Positions 45,629 through 54,583 of a stretch of DNA of 64,000 nucleotides are shown here, piece after piece. A model generated the notes under the pieces. That model had not been told where the DNA came from. It did not search any database and saw only the letters and a program-made list of their open reading frames with translations. Each line of letters opens with the position of its first letter. Position 1 is the first letter of the stretch. The position numbers and the translations under genes are program-made. Source of the DNA: Deltaproteobacteria bacterium (lineage in GTDB: Bacteria; Myxococcota_A; UBA9160; UBA4427); the NCBI GenBank assembly GCA_029261835.1, contig JAJDAO010000002.1, positions 6,167 through 70,166 on the forward strand, given 5' to 3'.

Positions 45629-46229
45629 CAGCGAGAAGCCGTCCAGTGGCCTCTCTCTCAGTCATCGCAGCTGAAGCTGCCGCCGCTTCAAGCTCGTCTG
45701 GAGTTGTGCTCAGCTCAGTTCCGATGATTCTTGCGAGATCCTCCGGAACTTCCAGGGTCGTTTCCGTCGGCGACAATATGCTGACCCCCATCGGGATGTC
45801 CCTGACTGCAATCCTACGTCCCGGAATACCTACGGGCTCAAGTTCGACTTCGTAGGCTTCATGCATGAGGACTTGACCCGATCTTACTCTGCAGTAGCGA
45901 AGAGCGGTGTCCATCAGGTCAAACGATTTCTCATTCCCCTTTCTGAGCATCCCGACCAGATCTCGAAGAAATAGACCGCGCTCTGTCAGGCCGTAGTCGT
46001 GCTTTCTCAAGAACTGATAGGCGACGAGGTGGTCGAGGCCATTCCAGACCGCTTGGCTAAACGGGCCATTCTTATATCGGATGAAGTCGAACGTCGGTCC
46101 GACCAACCCCTCTTCCGCGAGCCCGAGCCCGACAAAGAACGGGGTCTTCTGGACCTTCAGGCGTCCGTGGATCGGAGCCGATTCGTCCAGCATGTAGAGG
46201 AGCAGCGCTGTGTCGAGTGAGTTTGCCAT
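45603..46229 (-). CDS. Panacea (DUF4065/SocA/YwgA)-like protein
   Basis: IHGRLKVQKTPF ... FIRYKNGPFS ... YGLTERG. Confidence 0.65.
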   Translation of the reverse strand: MANSLDTALLLYMLDESAPIHGRLKVQKTPFFVGLGLAEEGLVGPTFDFIRYKNGPFSQAVWNGLDHLVAYQFLRKHDYGLTERGLFLRDLVGMLRKGNEKSFDLMDTALRYCRVRSGQVLMHEAYEVELEPVGIPGRRIAVRDIPMGVSILSPTETTLEVPEDLARIIGTELSTTPDELEAAAASAAMTEREATGRLLAAIPENRPF

Positions 46230-46481
46230 CAGCTCTTGTTTGTCGTAGCGGACCTCAACTCAGATCCAGATGACTGGCCCGCGGCCAAAACCCGCATAGA
46301 GAGTATTCGGTATCAACCGTCTGAGGGGCAAGCCATTTATGGCTAGATGTAAGAAACGGGCGGGATTACAGATAGTTATTGCACCAAGTAGCACCCTCGT
46401 GACCACAACCTCATCTGAATGGCGCCTTCGGGCTCCCCGGGGACACGGCACGGCGGGCAGTCTGCTACAGGCCGCCCAGCG

Positions 46482-46560
46482 GTTTATGTACCCTGAACTG
46501 ATTTGCTTGCACCTGTGAGATTCGTTGTTTATGTTCCCTCAACTACGAGGGAGTCTAAAC
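46482..46560 (+). promoter_or_regulatory. PL-like promoter with three 17-bp operators
   Basis: TTGCAC-17-TATGTT (46507-46535); GTTTATGTACCCTGAAC, GTTTATGTTCCCTCAAC and inverted GTTTAGACTCCCTCGTA. Confidence 0.7.
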
Positions 46561-46606
46561 GATGCCGCCCACAGCACCCACCCCGAGCCCCGACACCCCG
46601 CCCGCC

Positions 46607-47275
46607 TCAGCCTTCGCCGCTCTCGGGCTCTTCCTTGGGCAGGAACGTCTTCCCCTGGAACCGGAAGACATGCCGGAGCAGCCGGTAGGGCGGCGCGACG
46701 CGCAGCCCGCACTCCCCCCGACCTCGGCCCTCACAGACTTGGTTGTGGGCCAGCGCGTCGAGCGCTTTGTAGTCCGGCGGCTCCTGCGCATAGAGCAGTG
46801 TGAGGCGCGCGTTCAGGTCGGCTGCGTGGCTCTCTGCACCCGAGCGCTGCGCCTCCGCCACCAGCTCGAGATACCGACGATGCAACTCGGCATGTTGCCG
46901 GGCACGTGTGGAGAAGTTCAGCGCCATGTCGAGGGCACCAACCACGGCCGGCACCATCGCTACCAGCAGGGCGTAGTCCTTGTTGTGTGTCAGCGCGTAG
47001 ACCGCCCCACTGCCGCTCACCAGCACGAGGAACATGCCGAGCCGGTGACATGCGTCGAGGAAGCCCTCACGGGCCTGGTGCACAATCGCGCACCGCATTC
47101 CGTGGAAGACGACATCGTCTACCGCTTCGGCGGCTTCGGTGGTGGCTTCGGGGCCTGCGGGAGCCCGCCCCCCACGTCCCTCGGCGTCCTGGGTGGAGAT
47201 GTCGGTTTCGGCGGCGGCTTCGGTGCCTGTGGCTGCCCCCTCTTCTCGGTCGCGCCCGACTTGCTCATCTCCCAT
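46607..47275 (-). CDS. SLATT-like two-TM effector protein (moron)
   Basis: HQAREGFLD-TM-TM-NFSTRARQHAELHRRYLEL pattern. Confidence 0.65.
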   Translation of the reverse strand: MGDEQVGRDREEGAATGTEAAAETDISTQDAEGRGGRAPAGPEATTEAAEAVDDVVFHGMRCAIVHQAREGFLDACHRLGMFLVLVSGSGAVYALTHNKDYALLVAMVPAVVGALDMALNFSTRARQHAELHRRYLELVAEAQRSGAESHAADLNARLTLLYAQEPPDYKALDALAHNQVCEGRGRGECGLRVAPPYRLLRHVFRFQGKTFLPKEEPESGEG

Positions 47276-47289
47276 GTCTCACTCCCCAT
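47119..47289 (-). CDS. 56-aa Pro/Lys-rich peptide overlapping the SLATT 5' end in another frame
   Basis: AGGAGG 5 nt before ATG; duplicated PQAPKPPPKP. Confidence 0.5.
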   Translation of the reverse strand: MGSETWEMSKSGATEKRGQPQAPKPPPKPTSPPRTPRDVGGGLPQAPKPPPKPPKR

Positions 47290-47427
47290 TTGTTCCTCCT
47301 GCGGTCTTAGCCGCTGCAGGGGGTTTCGGGGGCAGTCCGTGTCGGCGGGCTGCTCCCACATGAATATGCCTGACGCAACTCTGTGCGCAAGGGATGAGAC
47401 GCAACCGCCGCGGCACCGGAGGGCGTC

Positions 47428-47640
47428 GTGAACATCCTCGACCAGCTCGAACACCTCCGGCGCGCAGTCATCGACGGCCATCAGCCGCACGAACTACCGG
47501 CCGGCCGGCTCGTGCATCACTGGCTGATCACGCATCCGCGCAGCGATGACCAGTATCACACGGTTGAGCAGTCGTATCTCGGCTCCGTGAAGGCATCGAT
47601 CGCAATCTGCACACCGCCGATGCCGGGAGACTCGCTATGA
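47428..47640 (+). CDS. Hypothetical phage protein
   Basis: GGAGG RBS; early-left operon. Confidence 0.5.
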   Translation: MNILDQLEHLRRAVIDGHQPHELPAGRLVHHWLITHPRSDDQYHTVEQSYLGSVKASIAICTPPMPGDSL

Positions 47641-47874
47641 GACGAGCACTTATCGACCGCCGGTGGTGGCTACAGCCGAAGCTCACACCGCTCGGCGAGT
47701 GCGTCGCGGTGATGGCGCTCGCGCTCGCGGTGGGTCTGCTCAGCGCGGCGTGGTGCTCACTTTGACGTCCGCGGCGAGTGACCGCGGCGTCGGCCTGGTC
47801 CGCGAACGGACCTCGCGGGACCGGGATGGGGGGTCGGCGCGACGGGGCGCCGGCTCCCCACACACGGAGGTGAC

Positions 47875-48768
47875 ATGAGCGAGGCGTTTCAACTCGAGCA
47901 GCCCGAGAAGGTCGTTCCCGAGGTCGGCATCCACGAGGGCATCCCGAACGAGGTCTATCACCACAGGTGGGAGGCCGTGAACGCGAGCCGACTCTCGGAC
48001 CTCACGCGCTCGCCGGCCCACTGCCTCTGGCGCATGGTCCACCCCAGCACGGAGCAAACTCCCGCCATGGTGTTCGGCACCGCCGTTCACTGTGCGGTGC
48101 TGGAACCGGAGGAGTTCGAGAAGCGGTACCGCCACGACCCGCCCTGCCCTCCCGAGCGCAAGCCGTCCGGGTGGAAGAACACGAACGACTACAAGTCACA
48201 GGCCGCGGACCTCCGACTCGCCGGCTTCGAGCTGCTGACCTCGGATCAGCTCGAGGGCTGCAAGCTGATCCGCGAGAGCATCTACGGCGAGCCGAGCGCC
48301 GCACGGGACCTGCTGGAGGCGATGACCGCGACAGAGGTCTCCTACGTGGCGGACGACCCGGCGACGGGGCTTCGGTGCAAGGTGCGGCCCGACCTCCTGG
48401 CCGAGAGCGCCGGGATCGTCGGCGACCTGAAGACAACGCGGGCCGGCGCGAAGAGCGCGTTCGGGCGTCAGATCTATTCGCTCGGGTACCACCGCTCGAA
48501 GGCGTTCTACATGGACTGCATGGAGACGCTGGAGCCGCGGAAGTGGGAGCACCACGTGTTCCTCGTCGTCGAGAATACGCCGCCCTACGAGGTCGCCGTC
48601 TACGACCTCGACCCGGCAGCGACAGAGATGGGGCGGCGAGAGGTCCGGCTGCTGCTCGACCTGTACGCCGAGTGCAAGAGGACCGGCAACTGGCCCGGCT
48701 ACGACACGACCGTCCAGACGGTCGGCGTGCCGCACTGGGCCTACTACCAGGAAGAGGAGGCGTCTTGA
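47875..48768 (+). CDS. PD-(D/E)XK exonuclease (DUF3799/RecE-like)
   Basis: TPAMVFGTAVHCAVLEP, TGLRCKVRPD, DLKT, GYH..AFY. Confidence 0.88.
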   Translation: MSEAFQLEQPEKVVPEVGIHEGIPNEVYHHRWEAVNASRLSDLTRSPAHCLWRMVHPSTEQTPAMVFGTAVHCAVLEPEEFEKRYRHDPPCPPERKPSGWKNTNDYKSQAADLRLAGFELLTSDQLEGCKLIRESIYGEPSAARDLLEAMTATEVSYVADDPATGLRCKVRPDLLAESAGIVGDLKTTRAGAKSAFGRQIYSLGYHRSKAFYMDCMETLEPRKWEHHVFLVVENTPPYEVAVYDLDPAATEMGRREVRLLLDLYAECKRTGNWPGYDTTVQTVGVPHWAYYQEEEAS

Positions 48769-48769
48769 A

Positions 48770-49627
48770 ATGGACACAGCAAAGCAGATAGATGTGGAGA
48801 CCGGCGAGGTGACCGAGATTCCCGTTGCCGGTGGGATGAGCGTCGTTCGAGCGCAGGAGTCGGCCGCACTCGACGTCCAGGTGTCGACGGCGAAGGCATA
48901 CCCGCGCTCGATCCAAAGGTTCCAGAGCGACCTCGAGTCGTGGGCGACGCTCAATGAGGAGATCGCCGACGAGTGCTTCTACGCGAAGCCGCAGGGCGGG
49001 CAGACGATCATCGGCCCGAGCGTGCGTTTCGCGGAGCTGATCCAGTCGGCCTACGGGAACCTGATGGTCGAGTCCCGGGTGATCGGCGAGGAGGATGGCC
49101 ACGTCATCGTGGAGGCGACGTGTCGCGACGTCGAGCGCAACACGGCGAGACGCGACCAGGTGCGCCGGCCGATCCTCACGAAGGCCGGGAAGCGGTTCGC
49201 CACGCATATGATCGAGCAGACGATCAACGCGGCGAGCGCCATCGCCGGCCGAAACGCGATCTTCAAGGTCGTCCCCAAGGCGCTCTGGTGGCAGATCTAC
49301 CAGAAGGCCCGCCAGGTGGCAGTCGGTGACGCGAAGACGTTCGGCGATCGCCGGGACGCCGCCCTCGCCTACCTCAAGGACATGGGCGCGACCGAGGAGC
49401 GAATCCTCCACTACCTCGGCGACAAGAAGGTGAAGGATCTCGACGCCGACGACTTGATCGCCCTGCGCCTCAAGGTGAAGACGATCAAGGAGGACGGGGT
49501 CAGCGTCGACGACGCGTTCCCCGCACCGAAGGGCCCGGATCCGAAGCAGGCGAAGGAATCAGCGGCCGCGGCCGGCGACGCCATCTCGAATGGGAGCAAG
49601 GAGAGCGGCAAGCCGGAGGGCGCATGA
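48770..49627 (+). CDS. Putative single-strand annealing protein
   Basis: Position after the exonuclease; QVSTAKAYPRS, GPSVRFAE; family not identified. Confidence 0.5.
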   Translation: MDTAKQIDVETGEVTEIPVAGGMSVVRAQESAALDVQVSTAKAYPRSIQRFQSDLESWATLNEEIADECFYAKPQGGQTIIGPSVRFAELIQSAYGNLMVESRVIGEEDGHVIVEATCRDVERNTARRDQVRRPILTKAGKRFATHMIEQTINAASAIAGRNAIFKVVPKALWWQIYQKARQVAVGDAKTFGDRRDAALAYLKDMGATEERILHYLGDKKVKDLDADDLIALRLKVKTIKEDGVSVDDAFPAPKGPDPKQAKESAAAAGDAISNGSKESGKPEGA

Positions 49628-50211
49628 ACCGCAACACGACAGTGGTCTTCGACCTCGAGACCGGTGGTGTCGAGGCCAAACATCCGGACATCCAGCTCGC
49701 GGCCGTGGCCGTGCGCGGCTGGGAGGAGATCGACACCTTCGAGCGCAAGCTTCAGTTCTCGGTCGACTCGTGCGACCCGGAGGCGCTGGAGATCAACTCC
49801 TACGACCCGGCGGTGTGGGAGCGCGAGGCGTTGCCCGAGGCCCGCGTGGTGGCGCAGTTCGCTCAATGGATGCGTCGCCACGCGGTGATCCACAAGGTCT
49901 CGAAGCGTGGCAACCCATACAGCGTGGCCCGGCTCGCCGGCCACAACGTCGCCCGGTTCGATGCGCCGCGGTTGCTCGCCATGTTCAAGCGGCACGGCGC
50001 CTTCCTCGCGGCCGACGCCTTCCGCCCGCTGGACACGCTGCAGCTCGCGCTCTGGCACTTCGCCGGGCGAGAGGATGAGCCGGAGAACTACAAGCTCGGG
50101 ACGCTGGCGACAGCGCTCGGGATCGCGACGGACGGCGCGCACGATGCGCTGGCCGACGTGCGGATGACCGTGCAGCTGGCGAAGGCCATCTGCGAGAGGA
50201 GCAACGGATGA
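49624..50211 (+). CDS. DEDDh 3'-5' exonuclease (DnaQ-like)
   Basis: FDLETGG, GHNVARFD, AHDALAD. Confidence 0.9.
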   Translation: MNRNTTVVFDLETGGVEAKHPDIQLAAVAVRGWEEIDTFERKLQFSVDSCDPEALEINSYDPAVWEREALPEARVVAQFAQWMRRHAVIHKVSKRGNPYSVARLAGHNVARFDAPRLLAMFKRHGAFLAADAFRPLDTLQLALWHFAGREDEPENYKLGTLATALGIATDGAHDALADVRMTVQLAKAICERSNG

Positions 50212-51530
50212 GCGAGAACGGACTGCGCGTGGTCGAGCTTCGAACTGAGAATTTCATGGGGATCAAACTGGCCGAGCTGCGACCCGGTCCCGATGGCCTG
50301 GTGATCATCGGCGGACGCAACGGCGCCGGCAAGACATCGCTCCTCGACTCGTTCGAGTGCGCGATCCGCGGGAAGAAGTTCCACCCCGACCGGCCTGTGC
50401 GCGACGGCGCCGAGAAGAGCGACGTGACACTCGACCTCGGCGAGCTGAAGATCCGGCGCCGTTTCAAGCCCGACGGCTCTGGGACGTTTCACGTCGAGAC
50501 CGCGGACGGCATGGTGCCGCGTAAGCCGCAGGAGATGCTCGACGCACTGGCCGGCGCGATCGCGTTCGACCCGCTGGAGTTCTCGAGGATGGAGCCGAAG
50601 GCGCGGCTCGAACTCGTTCGCAAGCTCGCCGGTGTCGACGTGTCCGATCTCGACAAGCAGCGCGCCGCGCTCTACGAGGAGCGCACCGGAGTCAACCACG
50701 AGGCGAAGGTGCTCGCCGGCCAGCTCGAGGGGATGCCGCGGCACGAGGGCGTCCCGGACGAGGAAGTGTCGGTCAACGCGCTGCTCCAGCACCTCGACGA
50801 GCTGCGCGGAGAGATCGGAGCGAACGACACGAAGCGGGCCGCAATGGACGACGCGCGCTCCATCGTTGCAGAGCGCATGCGCGAGCGCGTCGAGTGGCGA
50901 GACGCGGTCGAGAACATGGAGCGCCAGCTTGAGGAAGCGCGCGAGAGGCTATCGGCTGCAGTGGAGGCCGAGCGCCAGGCGACGGACGATGCTGACGCAC
51001 TCCAGGCCACACTGAACGACCTGGTCGACCCAGACCCTGCTCCGATCGAGGAGCAGATCAAGACGGCCAGCACGACGAACCAGCTCGTTCGCGACAACGC
51101 GGCGCGAGTGAAGCGGGCCGCCGAACTCCGAGCGGTGAAGGACCGCAGCGAGCAGATGACGGGGCAGCTCCAGGCGATCGACTCGCAGAAGGCCGCGCGG
51201 ATCGCCAGCGCGAGCCTCCCGCTCGACGGACTCTCGTTCGGTGACGACGGCGTGACCCTCAACGGAATCCCGTTCGCGCAGATCAGCAGCGCCGAGCAGC
51301 TCCGGGCCTCGGTCGCCATGGGGATCGCGCTCAACCCGAAGCTCCACGTCATGCTGATCCGCGACGGCTCACTGCTCGACGCGGACTCGATGGGCTTGCT
51401 CGCGGAGATGGCAGCCGAGCACGGGTACCAGTGCTTCATCGAGCGCGTCGGCAACGCGGATCAGGGCGCCATCATCATCGAGGCCGGCGAGGTGGTGGGG
51501 GCCGAGCGGCCTGCGGTGGACGCTGCGTGA
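50208..51530 (+). CDS. SMC/SbcC-like AAA ATPase
   Basis: GRNGAGKTS, long coiled coil, ISSAEQ signature, LIRDGSLLD. Confidence 0.88.
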   Translation: MSENGLRVVELRTENFMGIKLAELRPGPDGLVIIGGRNGAGKTSLLDSFECAIRGKKFHPDRPVRDGAEKSDVTLDLGELKIRRRFKPDGSGTFHVETADGMVPRKPQEMLDALAGAIAFDPLEFSRMEPKARLELVRKLAGVDVSDLDKQRAALYEERTGVNHEAKVLAGQLEGMPRHEGVPDEEVSVNALLQHLDELRGEIGANDTKRAAMDDARSIVAERMRERVEWRDAVENMERQLEEARERLSAAVEAERQATDDADALQATLNDLVDPDPAPIEEQIKTASTTNQLVRDNAARVKRAAELRAVKDRSEQMTGQLQAIDSQKAARIASASLPLDGLSFGDDGVTLNGIPFAQISSAEQLRASVAMGIALNPKLHVMLIRDGSLLDADSMGLLAEMAAEHGYQCFIERVGNADQGAIIIEAGEVVGAERPAVDAA

Positions 51531-51766
51531 TGGCCCTTCCCGACCCCGACCTGCAGGCCATCCGCGTCGCCCTTGAGATCGCGGAGGCCGAACTGCCGGC
51601 CGACCGGTACGCAACGATCAAGCCGGCGAATGATGCCGTCGAGCGCTTGTCCTCCCGGCTGGCAGCTGCGGAGCGCGCGATCCGGCGTGGCCTGGCGCCG
51701 CTGGCCGAGTACGACGAGGCCAGTCGACACGAGACGATGTCCGCGGCCAGCGGGGCCCCGCGATGA
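51530..51766 (+). CDS. Hypothetical phage protein
   Basis: Translationally coupled on both sides. Confidence 0.5.
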   Translation: MALPDPDLQAIRVALEIAEAELPADRYATIKPANDAVERLSSRLAAAERAIRRGLAPLAEYDEASRHETMSAASGAPR

Positions 51767-53178
51767 TCCAGGGCGGCCTCTTCGACGAGCTCGTGGTCGA
51801 CAACTTCGCCGGCGGCGGCGGGGCGAGTACGGGCATCGAGGCGGCGATCGGTCGGCCCGTGGACATCGCGATCAACCACGACCCCGAGGCCGTCGCGATG
51901 CACGCGGCGAACCATCCGCACACACAACACCACTGCGAGAACATCTGGGACGTTGACCCGGTCGAGGCCACCGCAGGCAGGCCCGTTGGCCTGGCGTGGT
52001 TCTCCCCGGACTGCACGCACTTCTCGCGAGCCAAGGGCACGCAGCCGCGGCAGAAGCGGATCCGCGGGCTGGCCTGGGTGGTGATCCGCTGGGCGGCGAA
52101 GGTCCGGCCGCGCGTGATCATGCTCGAGAACGTCGAGGAGTTCGCGACCTGGGGGCCGCTGCGCGATGGGCGGCCCTGCCCTGATCGACGCGGGGAGACG
52201 TTCCGCACCTGGGTCTCACAGCTCGAGGATCTCGGCTACGTGGTCGAGTGGCGTGCGTTGGCGGCCTGCGACTACGGCGCCCCGACAACGCGGCGCCGGC
52301 TCTACCTGATCGCCCGCTGCGATGGTGAGCCGATCGCATGGCCGGAGCCCACGCACGGCCCCGATCGAGCCGAGAGCTATCGCACGGCCGCCGAGTGCAT
52401 CGACTGGTCGCTCGAGTGTCCGAGCATCTTCACGCGGCGACGGCCGTTGGCCGAGGCCACGCAGCGCCGGATAGCCGAGGGCCTTCGTCGCTTCGTGGTC
52501 GAGACCGAAGCGCCGTTCATCATTCGCCACGGGCACTACAGCAAGCGGACCGGCGCCGGCCTTCGCCCTGGCTGCGGTGCGGGGACCTGGCGTGGACAGC
52601 GCCTCGAGGAGCCTCTGGCGACGGTCTGCGCGACGAACGACAAGAACCTCGTGTTGCCTCACCTGCAGCGTGAGGGCGAGACCTCGAGCACGCCGGCGCC
52701 GCTGGTCGCTGCATGGATGGCGAAGCATTACTCCGGCGTGGTCGGCCACGGATTCGCCCGGCCGATCGGCACGATCACGGCCCAAGATCATCACGCAGTG
52801 GTCGAGGCGGCGCTTCACCCGGGCAAGGATCGGAGCCCGGAGGTCGCCGCGTTCCTGACGAAATACTACGGCACGGCCGTTGGATCCGATCTCCGGGAAC
52901 CGCTGCACACCATCACCAGCCGTGACCGCTTCGGCCTGGTGGTCGTCGCCGGCCTCAAGTATCGGATCACCGACATCGGGATGCGGATGCTCGCGCCGCG
53001 CGAGCTGTACCGCGCGCAGGCGTTCCCCGAATCGACCGAGATCGCGCCGCGGCTGAACGGCAAGCCGATCACGAAGACCGCGCAGCTCCGGCTCTGTGGT
53101 AACAGCGTCGTCCCGCTCGTCGCGCAGCAGCTCGTCGCGGCGAATGTCGACGTTCGCGAGATGGAGGGCGCAGCATGA
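51763..53178 (+). CDS. DNA cytosine-5 methyltransferase
   Basis: FAGGGG, SPDCTHFS, ENV, RRRLY, GNSV. Confidence 0.92.
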   Translation: MIQGGLFDELVVDNFAGGGGASTGIEAAIGRPVDIAINHDPEAVAMHAANHPHTQHHCENIWDVDPVEATAGRPVGLAWFSPDCTHFSRAKGTQPRQKRIRGLAWVVIRWAAKVRPRVIMLENVEEFATWGPLRDGRPCPDRRGETFRTWVSQLEDLGYVVEWRALAACDYGAPTTRRRLYLIARCDGEPIAWPEPTHGPDRAESYRTAAECIDWSLECPSIFTRRRPLAEATQRRIAEGLRRFVVETEAPFIIRHGHYSKRTGAGLRPGCGAGTWRGQRLEEPLATVCATNDKNLVLPHLQREGETSSTPAPLVAAWMAKHYSGVVGHGFARPIGTITAQDHHAVVEAALHPGKDRSPEVAAFLTKYYGTAVGSDLREPLHTITSRDRFGLVVVAGLKYRITDIGMRMLAPRELYRAQAFPESTEIAPRLNGKPITKTAQLRLCGNSVVPLVAQQLVAANVDVREMEGAA

Positions 53179-53280
53179 CCGCACTCATCACGGTCAGCAT
53201 CTACTTCGCCGGCGTAGTGTTCTTCCTCGCGCTGGCTGGCACGAATCGTCGCCGCGCTCGAAGGCTGGGAGGGGAGGAGA

Positions 53281-53538
53281 ATGGCTAGGCGATTTCGAGC
53301 GTACCAGGATCGGTTCGGTGCCAATCAAGGAATCCAGTACGTGGAATCTGTGTCGGACTGCCCGACATGCGAACAACCGACGCTAGAACGCTGGCAGCCA
53401 TTCCTGCAGATTCGAGTGCCAGTGCCGTTCAGACGACTGCAAGGCATCGCGGAGATTCTATCGCGGGAGTGGGTCGGGCCAATTGATGGCGCAGCACACG
53501 GCTCAGCCCCGACCGACGTGCCACCGCCGGAGGAGTGA
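53281..53538 (+). CDS. Hypothetical protein with CxxC
   Basis: GGAGG RBS; CPTC. Confidence 0.45.
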   Translation: MARRFRAYQDRFGANQGIQYVESVSDCPTCEQPTLERWQPFLQIRVPVPFRRLQGIAEILSREWVGPIDGAAHGSAPTDVPPPEE

Positions 53539-53942
53539 TGCCGCAACTGTCATTCATGAAGCGATTCGTCCCCGCCTTAGAGAACGGCCTCGCTGAACTC
53601 GAAGGCCGGCCACTGCCGCATCCGGGTGTCAGGCCCAAGCGCCAGACCATTCGGCTCGTGTGGAAGTATCCCATCCGCCCGGGGCAGACTCTCCAGATCG
53701 TCACCGGCGCGCGGACTAAGCAGTATCGGAAGCTGGGAGAGGCGCAGTGCACGAGCGTGGAGGCACTTGAGATCGACACCGAAGCGATGGTCGCGACCGT
53801 TGTTGTCGAGGAACGCTGGCTACCACTAAAGGATGTGCATGCCCTTGCGCACGCGGACGGACTCCGTGACGCCGCTGAGATGGTGCAGTTATTCGACAGG
53901 ATGTACGGCCTGCCCTTCGAGGGAGTCTTGATTAAATGGTGA
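53535..53942 (+). CDS. ASCH/PUA-like domain protein
   Basis: KRQTIR, PGQTLQIVTGART, LAHADGL, GVLIKW. Confidence 0.7.
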   Translation: MMPQLSFMKRFVPALENGLAELEGRPLPHPGVRPKRQTIRLVWKYPIRPGQTLQIVTGARTKQYRKLGEAQCTSVEALEIDTEAMVATVVVEERWLPLKDVHALAHADGLRDAAEMVQLFDRMYGLPFEGVLIKW

Positions 53943-54228
53943 ACGCATACACACGAGAGGGCGCGCCCGTGGCACTTGCGCCCGTGATGAGCAGCGTGAA
54001 GCAGGCCGAGGGGAGCGGACGCGGGTCGAACTCTCCCCTCGGCTTGTGAGGTAGCGCGGCCGGAGGAGTGATGGGTCAGAAGACTCGCGTAGACACGGGT
54101 GCAGGAGTGCTGGTCGGTGGTGGCCTTTGCATGCTCTTTGGGGTGTGGGGACCGGCAGAGCTTCTTCTGATTGGTGCAGGGCTAGTGCTCATCGGCGCAA
54201 CAATTATCGATGGCCCGGTGGGCTGGCG

Positions 54229-54390
54229 ATGACCGCCCAGCCCGAGCGCGCCTGCACCACCTGCCACGAGCAGCTTGATCCGGGCGACATCACTTGGCCC
54301 GGCAAGGGAGACGGACACCTCTGTCAGGACTGCTGGGAGATTGAGTCAGACCGCGAGTGGTGGGAGATGGTGGAGGCAATCTATGCCTGA
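54229..54390 (+). CDS. Small zinc-finger protein
   Basis: CTTC...CQDC. Confidence 0.55.
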   Translation: MTAQPERACTTCHEQLDPGDITWPGKGDGHLCQDCWEIESDREWWEMVEAIYA

Positions 54391-54583
54391 CCAGCCCGAG
54401 CGCGCGTGCGAGAAGTGTCTGTGGTGGAACGGCAGGCCAAGCACCAGTGATTCAATAGGGTTCGGTTATTGCAGACGGATGCCACCACAGATTAAGACAG
54501 CAATGAGATTTGCAGAGCATCCAATTACTACACCCGGGAATTGGTGCGGCGAGTTCGAGGAGCGGGGAGAGGAGAGCAAGTGA
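54383..54583 (+). CDS. Small Cys-rich phage protein
   Basis: CEKCLWW...GYCRRMPP...WCGEF. Confidence 0.6.
   Translation: MPDQPERACEKCLWWNGRPSTSDSIGFGYCRRMPPQIKTAMRFAEHPITTPGNWCGEFEERGEESK

Noticed and set aside
46562..47431. 289-aa plus-strand ORF starting right after the PL-like promoter
   Set aside because: Mostly the antisense shadow of the SLATT gene with no recognisable domain; only its first codons might be a remnant of an interrupted gene
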